DNA of 43,973 nucleotides from a bacterium (GCA_030654305.1 JAURXS010000052.1:1-43973); one strand, 5' to 3'; counted from the stretch's first letter, positions 1 through 9,336 are shown. Numbers and translations: made by a program. Notes: a model not told the origin generated them from the letters alone.

Positions 1-2
1 CC

Positions 3-374
3 GAGCTGCAGGGGCGCTTCCCCATCCGCGTCGAACTTGACCATCTGGCCGAAGAGCATTATCTGCGGATCCTGAGGGAACCCGACAGTTCCCTGCTGAA
101 GCAGTACCAGGCGCTCCTGGCGGCCGACGGCGTGACGGTGAGCTTCACCGACGAGGCCGTCGAGCGCCTGGCCGGCATCGCCATGGAACTGAACCGGCGC
201 CTGGAGAACATCGGCGCGCGGCGGCTGCAGACCATCATGGCGCAGCTGCTCGACGACCTGCTCTTCGACGCCCCGGAGAACGCCGGCGGCCCGGTGACGA
301 TCGACGGCGACTACGTGGAGCGGCGTCTGGCCGGGCTGGTGCGCGACGAGGACCTGAGCCGCTACATCCTGTAA
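3..374 (+). CDS. hslU: HslU (ATP-dependent protease ATPase subunit), C-terminal ~123 codons; 5' end outside window
   Basis: Frame 3 is open from the window edge. Translation ELQGRFPIRVELDHL...ENIGARRLQTIMAQLLDDLLFDA...DEDLSRYIL* matches the conserved HslU C-terminus. ORF-track entry 132..374 is only its tail. Confidence 0.9.
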   Translation, partial: ELQGRFPIRVELDHLAEEHYLRILREPDSSLLKQYQALLAADGVTVSFTDEAVERLAGIAMELNRRLENIGARRLQTIMAQLLDDLLFDAPENAGGPVTIDGDYVERRLAGLVRDEDLSRYIL

Positions 375-419
375 CACGACAAGCGAGCGCGCCGGCGCGG
401 CCGGCCGCGAGGAGGCACG

Positions 420-1337
420 ATGAGTCTCGGACAGAAGGACTTCCTCTCGATCCCCCAGCACACCCCGGCGGACCTGCGGCGGATCCTGGACCTGGCGAAG
501 CAGCAGAAGCCCCTGGCCCGCCGCCACGAGCTGCCGCACTCGCACCCCAACCGCACCCTGGCCTGCGTCTTCGCCAAGCCCAGCCTGCGCACGCGCGTCA
601 GCTTCGAGACGGCCATGATGCAGCTCGGCGGCAACTCCCTGTTCATCACGGACAAGGAGATCGGGATGGGCGTGCGGGAGTCCGTGCACGACGTCGCCAA
701 GGTGATGAGCCGCTTCGTCGACGCGATCATGATCCGCTGGTTCGACCACGGCGAGGTCGTGGAGCTGGCGCGCCACGCCGACGTCCCGGTCATCAACGGC
801 CTGACCGACCTGCTGCACCCCTGCCAGGTGATGGGGGACATCCTGACCGTCGAGGAGCACCTCGGGACCATCGAGAACAAGACCGTGGTCATGGTGGGCG
901 ACGGCAACAACCTCGCCAACAGCTGGATCAACGCCGCCCGGCGCTTCCCCTTCAACTTCGTGCTGGCCTGCCCGCCGGGCTACGAGCCGGACCAGGGGAT
1001 CATGGACGCCGCCGAGCAGGACGGCGCCTCCTTCTGCATCACGCACGACCCGCAGGAGGCCGTGGAGGGCGCCCACGTCATCTACAGCGACGCCTTCTAC
1101 AGCATGGGCCAGGAGGCGGAGGCCGTGAAGCGCCGCGCCGACTTCGCGCCCTACCAGATCACCGCCGGCCTGCTGGCCGCCGCCGATCCGAAGCACATCG
1201 TGATGCACTGCCTGCCCGCCCACCGCGGGGAGGAGATCACCGACGAGGTGATGGACGGGCCGCATTCGGTGGTCTTCGACGAGGCCGAGAACCGCCAGCA
1301 CGCGCAGCGGGCCATCATCGCCCTGCTGATGGCCTGA
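420..1337 (+). CDS. argF: ornithine carbamoyltransferase
   Basis: 305 aa with carbamoyltransferase motifs SLRTRVSFE (carbamoyl-phosphate site), HPCQ, SMG and HCLPAHRGEE. AGGAGG lies about 8 nt upstream of the ATG. Confidence 0.9.
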   Translation: MSLGQKDFLSIPQHTPADLRRILDLAKQQKPLARRHELPHSHPNRTLACVFAKPSLRTRVSFETAMMQLGGNSLFITDKEIGMGVRESVHDVAKVMSRFVDAIMIRWFDHGEVVELARHADVPVINGLTDLLHPCQVMGDILTVEEHLGTIENKTVVMVGDGNNLANSWINAARRFPFNFVLACPPGYEPDQGIMDAAEQDGASFCITHDPQEAVEGAHVIYSDAFYSMGQEAEAVKRRADFAPYQITAGLLAAADPKHIVMHCLPAHRGEEITDEVMDGPHSVVFDEAENRQHAQRAIIALLMA

Positions 1338-1339
1338 CG

Positions 1340-2620
1340 GTGGCGCGCCGGCCGCACGACGCCGCCAGGAGGGCGGGGATCCTGGTCCCCGCCCTGCTGG
1401 CTTGCCTGGCCGCGGCCTGCGCCCAGATCGAGCCGCCGCGCGGCGGCCCCGAGGACCGCACGCCGCCGGTCCTGCTGGCCGTCAGCCCCGATTCCGGCGC
1501 CGTGGGCCTGCGGGGCGTCGACCGCCTGGAATTCACGTTCTCGGAGAAGGTCGAGCCCCGGCCGGCCCAGCGTTTCCTGAAGCTGTACCCGCCGCTGGAG
1601 ATCGCCAAGACGAAGTGGCACGGCCGCCGTCGCGCCGAGGTGCTGCTGCGCGACACGCTGCCGGCGGACGCGGTCGTGGTGGTGGAGATCCCCCGCGGCC
1701 TGCCCGACGCCCACCGCGTCGCCTCCGACCGCACGCGCCGCTACCCGATCGCCACCGCCGACAGCCTGCCGGCCGGCCGGGTCGAGCTGACCGCCGTCTA
1801 CCACGACGGTGCGGCCCGCAACGCGGTGCTCGAACTGTACCCGGCCGAACCGGAGTCCCTGCCCTGGAACCGACGGGAACTGGCCCACCGCGCCGAGGCG
1901 GACACCAGCGGTCGCCTCGCGGCGGAATGGCTCGCGGTGCCCGGCGGCCCCTGGGTGGCCCGGCTCTTCCTGGACGAGAACCACGACCTGCGCGCGGGGG
2001 ATGACGAGGCCCAGCGCCTGCTGCCGGGCACCTGCGCCACGACCCGGGAGGCGCCGCGCGCGTCCCTCGGCACGGTCCGCCTCTTCGCGACGCGCGATCC
2101 CGGCAGCGTGCGGGGCTTCTACCCGGCCTTGGCCGAGTCGGCGCGCGCGCTGTTCGGCTGGGTCGCGAAGATCGCCGAGCAGGACACCGGCTTCGCGCCC
2201 GTGCACGCCGGCGCCTCTGCACCGCCGCGACTGCGAGTCGCGGCGGGCGACACCGCCGTCTGGGACCAGGCCGGTCCCGGCGCGGTCCGGGTCATCCTGT
2301 TCGCGGATCTCGACGGCGACAGCCTGCTGAGCGCGCTGCCGGACTCCGCCGCGCTCGCCGACACCGCGCTCAACGATAGTGTGACCTGGACCTGGGAGCC
2401 GTTCGCCGTCGCCGACTCCCTGACCGTGGAGCCGGGGATGCCCCTGCCGGTCGCGTTGCCGCCGGTGCCGGCGCTGGGGATCCCGTGCCTCGACGCTCCG
2501 CCGCCCCGCCCGACGGCGACCGCGGCGCTGGACTCGCTGGCCGCAGCGCCCGCGGACTCGACCTCGGCCGCGCCCGCCCCGGACGATGCCGACGACCCCG
2601 AAGCTCGGGAGGAGCCGTGA
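1340..2620 (+). CDS. hypothetical lipoprotein with a probable N-terminal Ig-like (SbsA-type) domain
   Basis: 426-aa ORF with high GC3 in frame. It has a signal peptide plus lipobox (LLACLAAAC), then TPPVLLAVSPDSGAVGL...FTFSEKV, typical of bacterial Ig-like surface domains. An Ala/Pro/Asp-rich tail follows. The stop overlaps the dapF start (GTGA). Confidence 0.6.
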   Translation: MARRPHDAARRAGILVPALLACLAAACAQIEPPRGGPEDRTPPVLLAVSPDSGAVGLRGVDRLEFTFSEKVEPRPAQRFLKLYPPLEIAKTKWHGRRRAEVLLRDTLPADAVVVVEIPRGLPDAHRVASDRTRRYPIATADSLPAGRVELTAVYHDGAARNAVLELYPAEPESLPWNRRELAHRAEADTSGRLAAEWLAVPGGPWVARLFLDENHDLRAGDDEAQRLLPGTCATTREAPRASLGTVRLFATRDPGSVRGFYPALAESARALFGWVAKIAEQDTGFAPVHAGASAPPRLRVAAGDTAVWDQAGPGAVRVILFADLDGDSLLSALPDSAALADTALNDSVTWTWEPFAVADSLTVEPGMPLPVALPPVPALGIPCLDAPPPRPTATAALDSLAAAPADSTSAAPAPDDADDPEAREEP

Positions 2621-3435
2621 CGCACCGACTGCCCTTCGTGAAGATGCACGGCGCCGGCAACGACTTCATCATGATCGACGCCGCCGACCTCGTCCCCGGC
2701 GAGCCGCTCGAACGCGACCGCATTGCTGCGCTCTGCGACCGCCGCCGCGGCGTGGGCGCCGACGGCCTGATCGTGGTCGGCCCGGCGACCGGCGCCGATT
2801 TCGGCATGGCCTACTACAACAGCGACGGCGGCGAGGCGTCGATGTGCGGCAACGGGGCCCGCTGCGCCTTCGCCTTCGCCCGCGACCGCGGCCTCATCGG
2901 CCGCGAAGGGACCTGCGCCACGGCGAGCGGCCCGCTGCGCGGCCGCTGCGAGGACGACGGGCTGGTGAGCGTGGACCTGACGCCGCCGCGCGGCCTGGAA
3001 CTCGGGATCGCGGCCGCCGGCGACCACCCCTTCGGCGAACTGCACCGCGCCGACACGGGCGTGCCGCACCTGGTGGTGCCGGTGGACGACGTCGACGCGG
3101 TGGACGTGCCGCGCTGGGGCGCCGCGCTGCGCCGCGACGCCGCCTTCGCGCCCGCCGGGACGAACGTCAACTTCGTCGCCCCCGCCGGCGACGCCTGGCG
3201 CCTGCGCACCTACGAGCGGGGCGTCGAAGCCGAGACCCTGGCCTGCGGCACCGGCGCCTCGGCCACCGCGCTGGTGCTGTGGAAGCTGGGGCGCGCCGCC
3301 TCGCCGGTCGTCCTGTTGACAAGGGGCGGCGATCGGCTGACCATCGCGGTGACGCCGGACGGGGCGTCGGCGAAGCTGCGCCTGAACGGTCCCGCCGTCA
3401 CGGCGTACCGCGGGGAGGTCGATGGGGATGTCTGA
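2617..3435 (+). CDS. dapF: diaminopimelate epimerase
   Basis: FVKMHGAGNDFIMID, catalytic Cys motifs SMCGNGARC and LACGTGASA. I chose the in-frame GTG at 2617, which overlaps the upstream stop. The ORF-track ATG at 2485 adds an Arg/Gly-rich stretch inside the previous gene. Confidence 0.9.
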   Translation: MTHRLPFVKMHGAGNDFIMIDAADLVPGEPLERDRIAALCDRRRGVGADGLIVVGPATGADFGMAYYNSDGGEASMCGNGARCAFAFARDRGLIGREGTCATASGPLRGRCEDDGLVSVDLTPPRGLELGIAAAGDHPFGELHRADTGVPHLVVPVDDVDAVDVPRWGAALRRDAAFAPAGTNVNFVAPAGDAWRLRTYERGVEAETLACGTGASATALVLWKLGRAASPVVLLTRGGDRLTIAVTPDGASAKLRLNGPAVTAYRGEVDGDV

Positions 3436-4333
3436 GAAGCGATTCCTGCCGCGGGGCGTCTACACCGCCCTGGTGACGCCCTTCCGCGACGGCGAGTTGG
3501 ACAAGCCGGCCTGGGAGCGCCTGGTGGCGCGGCAGGTCGAGGCCGGGGTGGCTGGCCTGGTGCCGGTCGGCTGCACGGGAGAGGCGGCGGCCCTCGATCG
3601 CGCCGAACGCGAGTGGCTCGTGCGCGCCTGCGTGTCGGCGGCGCGAGGCCGCTGCGCCGTGGTCGCCGGCGCCGGCTCCAACGTCACACGGACCACGATC
3701 GCCCAGACCCGCGACGCGGCCGCCTGGGGCGCCGACGCGGCCATGCTCATCTCGCCCTACTACAACAAGCCGCAGCAGCACGGGCTGATCGCCCACTACG
3801 GCGCCGTGGCGCGCGAGGTGGACCTGCCCCTGGTCCTCTACAACGTGCCCGGCCGCACGGCGGTCAACATCCTGCCCGCGACCGTCCGCGCGCTCGCGGC
3901 GGAGCCCAACATCGTGGCGGTGAAGGAGGCCAGCGGCAACCTGGAGCAGATCGCCGAGGTCTGCGGCATCGCCGACCTGCAGGTCTTCTCCGGCGACGAC
4001 GGCCTGAACCTGGACGTGTACGCCCTCGGCGGCGCGGGCACCGTGTCGGTCGTCAGCAACCTGCTGCCGCGCTCGCTGGTGCGCACCTGGGACGCCTGGA
4101 ACTCCGGCGAGGCGCCGCGCGCCCGCTCACTCGCCGAGGCCGTGCGCCCGATCATCGAAGCCTGCTTCCGGGAGACCAACCCCGTGCCGGTCAAGGAACT
4201 GCTGTCCCTGATGGGGCTCTGCACCCACGACCTGCGGCTACCGCTGGTCCCGGCGCTGCCGGAGAACCAGGCCTGGCTGCGGCAGGTCCACGCGGGGCCG
4301 CTCGGCGCGCTCCTGGACGGGGAGGGGACATGA
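3422..4333 (+). CDS. dapA: 4-hydroxy-tetrahydrodipicolinate synthase
   Basis: 303 aa with GVYTALVTPF, GCTGEAAAL, YNVPGRT and AVKEASGN (active-site Lys). An alternative ATG lies at 3428. Confidence 0.92.
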   Translation: MGMSEKRFLPRGVYTALVTPFRDGELDKPAWERLVARQVEAGVAGLVPVGCTGEAAALDRAEREWLVRACVSAARGRCAVVAGAGSNVTRTTIAQTRDAAAWGADAAMLISPYYNKPQQHGLIAHYGAVAREVDLPLVLYNVPGRTAVNILPATVRALAAEPNIVAVKEASGNLEQIAEVCGIADLQVFSGDDGLNLDVYALGGAGTVSVVSNLLPRSLVRTWDAWNSGEAPRARSLAEAVRPIIEACFRETNPVPVKELLSLMGLCTHDLRLPLVPALPENQAWLRQVHAGPLGALLDGEGT

Positions 4334-5079
4334 TCGACGTCAGCGTCCACGGAGCCGAGGGGCGCATGGGCCGCCTGGTCACCGAGCTGATCGAGAGCAC
4401 CGAAGGGTTCGCCCTGGCCGCCCTGGTGACCGAGGTCGGGCACGAGCGGCCGGTCGGCGCCTTCCACCCGCGCCTGCCGCTGACCCCCCAGGACCGGCTC
4501 GCCGAGGTCCACCCCCGCGGCGGCGTGATCGTCGACTTCTCGCTGGCGCCGGCGCTCGGCGGCCTGCTCGACGGCGCGGCGGCGACCGCGGCCCCCCTGG
4601 TGATCGGGACGACGGGCCACGACGAGGACCAGCTGCGGCGCCTGCGCGCCTACGCGCAGACCCACGCGGTGGTGCTCTCCAGCAACTTCAGCGTCGGGAT
4701 CCCGACCCTGCGACTGCTGCTGGAGAAGCTGGCCGAGGTGCTGCCGGAAGGCTTCATGCCGGCGCAGGTCGAGACGCACCACCGCCACAAGCAGGACCTG
4801 CCCAGCGGCACGGCGCGCGCGCTGGCCCGCACCTGGGAGGACCGTCGCGGCGCCGGCACCGTGCCCACCAGCAGCCTGCGCATCGGCGGCGTGACCGGCG
4901 AGCACACCTGGGTCTTCAGCGACGACGAGGAGACCCTCGTCCTGACGCACCGGGCCCACTCGCGCCGGGCGTTCCTGCGCGGCCTCGTGCCCGCGGTGCG
5001 CTACGCCGCGCAGGCGGGGCCGGGGCTGGTCACGATGGAGGACGTGCTGGGCGCCCCGAGGCGAGGCCCGATTGCCTGA
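4330..5079 (+). CDS. dapB: 4-hydroxy-tetrahydrodipicolinate reductase
   Basis: MIDVSVHGAEGRMGR..., ETHHRHKQDLPSGTA (the DapB E-x-HH-x-x-K-x-D-x-PSGTA signature). The ATG at 4330 overlaps the dapA stop (ATGA). The 5' part of ORF-track entry 3613..5079 is out-of-gene artefact. Confidence 0.9.
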   Translation: MIDVSVHGAEGRMGRLVTELIESTEGFALAALVTEVGHERPVGAFHPRLPLTPQDRLAEVHPRGGVIVDFSLAPALGGLLDGAAATAAPLVIGTTGHDEDQLRRLRAYAQTHAVVLSSNFSVGIPTLRLLLEKLAEVLPEGFMPAQVETHHRHKQDLPSGTARALARTWEDRRGAGTVPTSSLRIGGVTGEHTWVFSDDEETLVLTHRAHSRRAFLRGLVPAVRYAAQAGPGLVTMEDVLGAPRRGPIA

Positions 5080-5105
5080 ACGAGGTTTGGCGGCATGAAG
5101 AAGTC

Positions 5106-5127
5106 GGGACCCCTTGGAGGGGGTCCC
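5106..5127. terminator. GC-rich hairpin between the convergent genes dapB and rpsT (possible bidirectional terminator)
   Basis: GGGACCCC-ttggag-GGGGTCCC gives an 8-bp perfect stem. The flanks are only weakly T-rich (CTTCTTCAT on the minus strand). Confidence 0.4.
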
Positions 5128-5163
5128 GTCTGGAAGCGGAGCGGCAAGGCGCCGGGCGGATCC

Positions 5164-5415
5164 CTACTTTGCGTAGAGGGCGGCCATGCGGGCCTTGAGG
5201 CGGGAAGCGCGCTGCTTCGGGATGACGCCCTTGCGGGCCTGGACATCCAGCATGCTGTAGATGGCGCTGAGGGCTTCGGGCGTCTTCTCGGCCACCGGGG
5301 CCGCGGCGCGGAAGTTCTTCAGCTCGGTGCGCATCTCGCTGCGGTTCTGGCGGTTCACCAGCCGCTGGCGGGCGCTCGTCTTCATGCGCTTCTTACAACT
5401 CTTGTGATGCGGCAA
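5164..5415 (-). CDS. rpsT: 30S ribosomal protein S20
   Basis: 83 aa, basic, with KKRMKTSARQRLVNRQNRSEMRT...KGVIPKQRASRLKARM typical of S20. TTG start at 5415 is preceded by GAAGGAGG 7 nt upstream. Confidence 0.93.
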   Translation of the reverse strand: MPHHKSCKKRMKTSARQRLVNRQNRSEMRTELKNFRAAAPVAEKTPEALSAIYSMLDVQARKGVIPKQRASRLKARMAALYAK

Positions 5416-5444
5416 CGTCGGACCTCCTTCGGGACAACCGACAG

Positions 5445-5473
5445 AAATTAGCAGGGACCCTCGCCGATGTCAA
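5445..5473 (-). promoter_or_regulatory. sigma70-type promoter for rpsT (TTGACA-17-TAATTT)
   Basis: Minus strand reads cTTGACAtcggcgagggtccctgcTAATTTctg. The -35 is at 5473..5468 and the -10 at 5450..5445, about 30 nt upstream of the rpsT start. The -35 is built from uvrC codons 1-3 on the other strand. Confidence 0.6.
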
Positions 5474-7326
5474 GTCGCGACCCGGAAAACGACGACCGCG
5501 CTGTCCTGCGGGACCGCCTGGCGGGACTGCCGGATTCCCCGGGCGTCTACCTCCACAAGGACGCCCAGGGCAAGGTGCTGTACGTCGGCAAGGCGGTGCG
5601 CCTCTCGGCCCGGGTGCGGTCCTATTTCCAGGACACCGACAAGGACCCCAAGACCGCCCAGCTGGTGCGCCGGATCGCCGATGTCGACTACATCGTCACT
5701 CGCGGCGAGACCGAGGCCCTGGTCCTCGAGGACCAGCTCATCAAGGAGTACCGCCCCCGCTACAACATCCGCCTGAAGGACGACAAGCGGTACCCCTACC
5801 TGCGCATCACCCTGCAGGAGCCCTTCCCCCGGGTCGAGGTGGTGCGCCGCCTCGCGGACGACGGCTCGCGCTTCTTCGGCCCCTACACCAGCGTGCGGGC
5901 CATGCGCGAGACGATCCAGCACGCCCTGCGGATCTTCCAGGTGCGCACCTGCGAGCTGGACCTGCCGCGTCAGACCGTGCCGCGCCCCTGCCTGGACTGG
6001 CAGATCGGCCGCTGCAGCGCGCCCTGCGTCGGCTACGACGATGCGGCCGCCTACCGGCGCAAGGTCGCGGCCCTGGTCCGGTTCCTGGAAGGGGAGGACG
6101 CCTCCCTGGTCGCGGAGCTGAAGGCCGAGATGGCCGACCACGCCGCCGCTCGCCGCTACGAGGAGGCCGCCCGCGTCCGCGACCGGCTGCGGGTGCTGGA
6201 GACCACGCTGGGGGCGCTCAGCCCCATCCACGGCCTGAGCGGCGACCTCGACGCCTGCGCCGTGGCCCGCGACGGCGCGCGGGCCTGCGGCATCGTGCTG
6301 CGGATCCGCCGGGGCCGGGTGATGACCAGCCACGAGTTCCACCTCGAGGACCGGCTCGAGAGCGGGACGCCCGCATTCCTGGAGCAGCTGCTGCGCGAGT
6401 ACTACCCCCGCGCCGGCGACCTGCCCCCGCTGGTGCTGCTCGACCACGACCTCGCCGACCGCGAGGCCTGGACCGCGCGCCTGACCGACCTGCGCGGCCG
6501 GCCGGTGAAGCTGGCCCGACCGGTGCGCGGCCCCAAGCACGAGGCCGTGGCCATGGCCGCGGCCAACGCCCTGCACAAGCTGGAAGCGCGCCGGTTGAAG
6601 GACCTGGCCGCGCCCCGCCGCGCCGCGCCGGAACGGAGCGCGGCGCTGCAGGCGGCCCTCGACCTGCGCGCCCTGCCCGAGACGATCGAGTGCTTCGACA
6701 TCTCCAATTTCCAGGGGCGCGAGACCGTCGCCTCCCTCGTCTACTTCCGCGACGGCCACCCGCTGAAATCCCGCTACCGTCGCTTCCGCATCCGGACCGT
6801 CGACGGCATCGACGATTTCGCGTCGATGCGCGAGGTCCTGCGCCGCTACTACGCGCGACTGCTCGAGAAGGGACTGCCGCCGGCCGACCTGGTCCTGATC
6901 GACGGCGGCGCCGGCCAGGTGAGCGCCGCCCGCGCCGCGCTCACGGAGCTGGGATTGCACGCCGTGGAGCTGATCGGCCTGGCCAAGCGCGAGGAGCTCA
7001 TCGTGCGCGAGCGCGGCCTGCCGCCCCTGAAGCTGCCCCGCACCAGCGGGGCGCTGCAGCTGCTGCAGCAGGTCCGCGACGAGGCGCACCGCTTCGCCAT
7101 CACCTACCACCGCCTGCTGCGCGAGCAGCGCACCACCGGTTCGGTGCTGGACGCCGTGCCGGGCATCGGCCAGGTGAAGAAACTGTCCCTGCTGCACCAC
7201 TTCGCGTCGGTGGACGACATCCGGCGCGCGTCGGCGCAGCAGCTCTCCGAGGTGCGCGGGCTCGGCGCCGCGGACGTCGAGCGCCTGCTCTCCTTCTTCG
7301 CCGCCGAGCGCCGGGAGGGCGCGTGA
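5467..7326 (+). CDS. uvrC: excinuclease ABC subunit C
   Basis: 619 aa with the GIY-YIG N-terminus (PGVYLHKDAQGKVLYVGKA...RVRSYF), a UVR domain (RRYEEAARVRDRL), an endonuclease domain and C-terminal HhH (VPGIGQVKK). Confidence 0.95.
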   Translation: MSSRDPENDDRAVLRDRLAGLPDSPGVYLHKDAQGKVLYVGKAVRLSARVRSYFQDTDKDPKTAQLVRRIADVDYIVTRGETEALVLEDQLIKEYRPRYNIRLKDDKRYPYLRITLQEPFPRVEVVRRLADDGSRFFGPYTSVRAMRETIQHALRIFQVRTCELDLPRQTVPRPCLDWQIGRCSAPCVGYDDAAAYRRKVAALVRFLEGEDASLVAELKAEMADHAAARRYEEAARVRDRLRVLETTLGALSPIHGLSGDLDACAVARDGARACGIVLRIRRGRVMTSHEFHLEDRLESGTPAFLEQLLREYYPRAGDLPPLVLLDHDLADREAWTARLTDLRGRPVKLARPVRGPKHEAVAMAAANALHKLEARRLKDLAAPRRAAPERSAALQAALDLRALPETIECFDISNFQGRETVASLVYFRDGHPLKSRYRRFRIRTVDGIDDFASMREVLRRYYARLLEKGLPPADLVLIDGGAGQVSAARAALTELGLHAVELIGLAKREELIVRERGLPPLKLPRTSGALQLLQQVRDEAHRFAITYHRLLREQRTTGSVLDAVPGIGQVKKLSLLHHFASVDDIRRASAQQLSEVRGLGAADVERLLSFFAAERREGA

Positions 7327-8234
7327 GCCGCGCCTGGGACGACGCCCTCGCCGCCTTCCTGGCCCACGCCTCGGCGGAGAAGGGGCTGGCCGCCGGCACG
7401 CTGGAGGCGTACGCCCGCGACCTGCAGTCCTGGCGTGCCTGGGCCTGCGAACACGAGCTGCCGGACCCGGCGCAGGCCGGCACCTCCGCCCTGCGGTCGT
7501 TCCTGCTGGACACCGCCGATCGTCTCGGCCCGCGCTCGCGGGCCCGCCTGGTCTCGACCCTGCGCTCGTTCCACCGCTTCCTGGCCGCGGAGGGGCTCGC
7601 CGCCGGCGACCCCACCCTGCTGATCCTGGCGCCGAAGATCGGGCGCAAGCTCCCGGTCGTCCTGTCCGGGCCCCAGGTCGGGGCGCTGCTGGAAGCGCCG
7701 CCCGCGAACGAGCCCGCCGGCCTGCGCGACCGGGCCGTGCTGGAGATCCTCTACGGCTGCGGCCTGCGCGCCAGCGAGCTGTGCGGGCTCGACGTGACCG
7801 ACCTCGACCGCCGCGACGCCTCGCTGCGCGTGCGGGGCAAGGGCAGCAAGGAACGCCTGGTGCCGGTCGGCCGCCCCGCGCTCGACGCCGTCGCCGCCTG
7901 GCTGACGCGGGGGCGTCCGGAGATGCCCGGCCGCAAGCCCTCGGCGGCCCTGTTCGTCAACGCGCGCGGCGGACGCCTCTCGCGCGTCGCGGTCTGGGGT
8001 CTGGTCAAGCGCTGGGGGACGGCCAGCGGCGCGCCCGAGTCGCTCACGCCCCACGTGCTGCGCCACACCTACGCCACGCACCTGCTGGAGGGCGGCGCCG
8101 ACCTGCGCGTGGTGCAGGAGCTGCTCGGCCACGCCGCCATCACCACCACCGAGATCTACACCCACGTCGACCGGGCCTTCGTGGCCGAGGCCTACCGCAG
8201 CGCCCACCCGCGGGCGCGGCGGCGTCGGCTTTGA
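7323..8234 (+). CDS. xerD: site-specific tyrosine recombinase, XerC/XerD family
   Basis: GTG at 7323 overlaps the uvrC stop (GTGA). The C-terminal catalytic region reads HVLRHTYATHLLEGGADLRVVQELLGHAAITTTEIYTHV, with GLRASEL earlier. XerC versus XerD cannot be decided from sequence alone. Confidence 0.8.
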   Translation: MSRAWDDALAAFLAHASAEKGLAAGTLEAYARDLQSWRAWACEHELPDPAQAGTSALRSFLLDTADRLGPRSRARLVSTLRSFHRFLAAEGLAAGDPTLLILAPKIGRKLPVVLSGPQVGALLEAPPANEPAGLRDRAVLEILYGCGLRASELCGLDVTDLDRRDASLRVRGKGSKERLVPVGRPALDAVAAWLTRGRPEMPGRKPSAALFVNARGGRLSRVAVWGLVKRWGTASGAPESLTPHVLRHTYATHLLEGGADLRVVQELLGHAAITTTEIYTHVDRAFVAEAYRSAHPRARRRRL

Positions 8235-8259
8235 CAGGCACCGCCGCCGATGGTACTGT
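8231..8259 (+). promoter_or_regulatory. putative promoter for trpS (TTGACA-17-TACTGT)
   Basis: The consensus -35 hexamer contains the xerD stop codon (tTGAca). The 17-nt spacer and a 4/6 match at -10 lie about 85 nt upstream of the trpS GTG. Confidence 0.5.
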
Positions 8260-8344
8260 AGCCCCTCGCTCGCCCGCACGCGGGCCGACCGATCCGGCGG
8301 CAGCCGGGTCGCGAATCCGGACCACGCTCCCGAGGAACCCATCC

Positions 8345-9328
8345 GTGACCAAGAAGATCATCCTCAGCGGCAACCGTCCCACCGGGCGCCTGCACTGGGG
8401 CAACTACACCGGCGCGCTGGAGAACTGGATCCGCCTGCAGGACGAATACGACTGCTACTTCATGGTGGCCGACTGGCACGTCCTGACCACGGCCCTGGAC
8501 AAGTCGCACGAGATCCGCGACAACTCCCGCGAGATGATCCTGGACTGGCTCGGCGCCGGGCTCGACCCGGACCGCTCGGTGCTGTTCGTGCAGTCCTCCA
8601 TCAAGGAGCACGCCGAACTGTACCTGGTGGCCTGCATGCTGATCTCCCTGGGCCGGCTGGAGCGCAACCCGACGTTCAAGGAGCAGGTGCGCGACCTCGA
8701 CCTCGCCGGCGAGATCAGCTTCGGCCACCTGGGCTACCCCGTCCTGCAGGCGGCCGACATCCTGGCCTACCGCGCGCACGCCGTGCCCGTGGGGGAGGAC
8801 CAGCTGCCGCACCTCGAGCTGTGCCGCGAGATCGCGCGGCGCTTCAACCACCACTTCGGCGAACTCTTCCCGGAGCCCGAGGGCCTGGTCACGAAGTTCG
8901 GGCGCTTCCCGGGCACCGACGGGCGCCGCATGAGCAAGTCGCTGGGCAACGCGGTGGAGATCGCCGCCCCGCCCGAGGAGATCCGCGCGAAGCTCAAGAC
9001 CGCGTTCACCGACCCGCAGCGCCTGCGCCGCAGCGACCCCGGCAACCCCGACGTCTGCGCCGTCTACACGTGGTACCAGAAGTTCCTGCCCGGCGAGGCG
9101 GACCAGACCGCCGCCGAGTGCCGCAGCGCCGAGCGCGGCTGCGTCGACTGCAAGAAGCGCCTGGCCGACGGCGCGATCGCCTACTTCGAACCCCTGCGCG
9201 AGCGGCGCGCCGGGTACGAGAGCCACCCGAACCGCGTCGCCGAGATCGTGGACGCCGGCTGCGCCCGCGCGCGAGCCGCCGCCTCCGAGACCCTGGCGCG
9301 CGTCCGCGACGCCATGGGCGTCGGGTAG
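8345..9328 (+). CDS. trpS: tryptophan--tRNA ligase
   Basis: Class I synthetase motifs GRLHWGNY (HIGH-like) and KMSKSLGN, plus VADWHVLTT. In-frame GTG at 8345; upstream ORF-track residues are Arg/Pro-rich artefact. Confidence 0.93.
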   Translation: MTKKIILSGNRPTGRLHWGNYTGALENWIRLQDEYDCYFMVADWHVLTTALDKSHEIRDNSREMILDWLGAGLDPDRSVLFVQSSIKEHAELYLVACMLISLGRLERNPTFKEQVRDLDLAGEISFGHLGYPVLQAADILAYRAHAVPVGEDQLPHLELCREIARRFNHHFGELFPEPEGLVTKFGRFPGTDGRRMSKSLGNAVEIAAPPEEIRAKLKTAFTDPQRLRRSDPGNPDVCAVYTWYQKFLPGEADQTAAECRSAERGCVDCKKRLADGAIAYFEPLRERRAGYESHPNRVAEIVDAGCARARAAASETLARVRDAMGVG

Positions 9329-9336
9329 GAGGCCCC

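Noticed and set aside
3313-3318. TTGACA inside the dapF 3' end, with rare codons (ttg aca agg), as an internal promoter for dapA.
   Set aside because: No acceptable -10 lies at 16-19 nt (GACCAT or ACCATC), and the codon anomaly spans only 3 codons. The evidence is too weak to report as a feature.
7323-8234. The tyrosine recombinase as a phage or integrative-element integrase marking a mobile element.
   Set aside because: Its size (~300 aa) and the full Xer-type C-terminal signature point to the chromosome-dimer-resolution XerC/XerD type. It is translationally coupled to uvrC within a housekeeping block, and there are no flanking repeats, phage genes or compositional shift.
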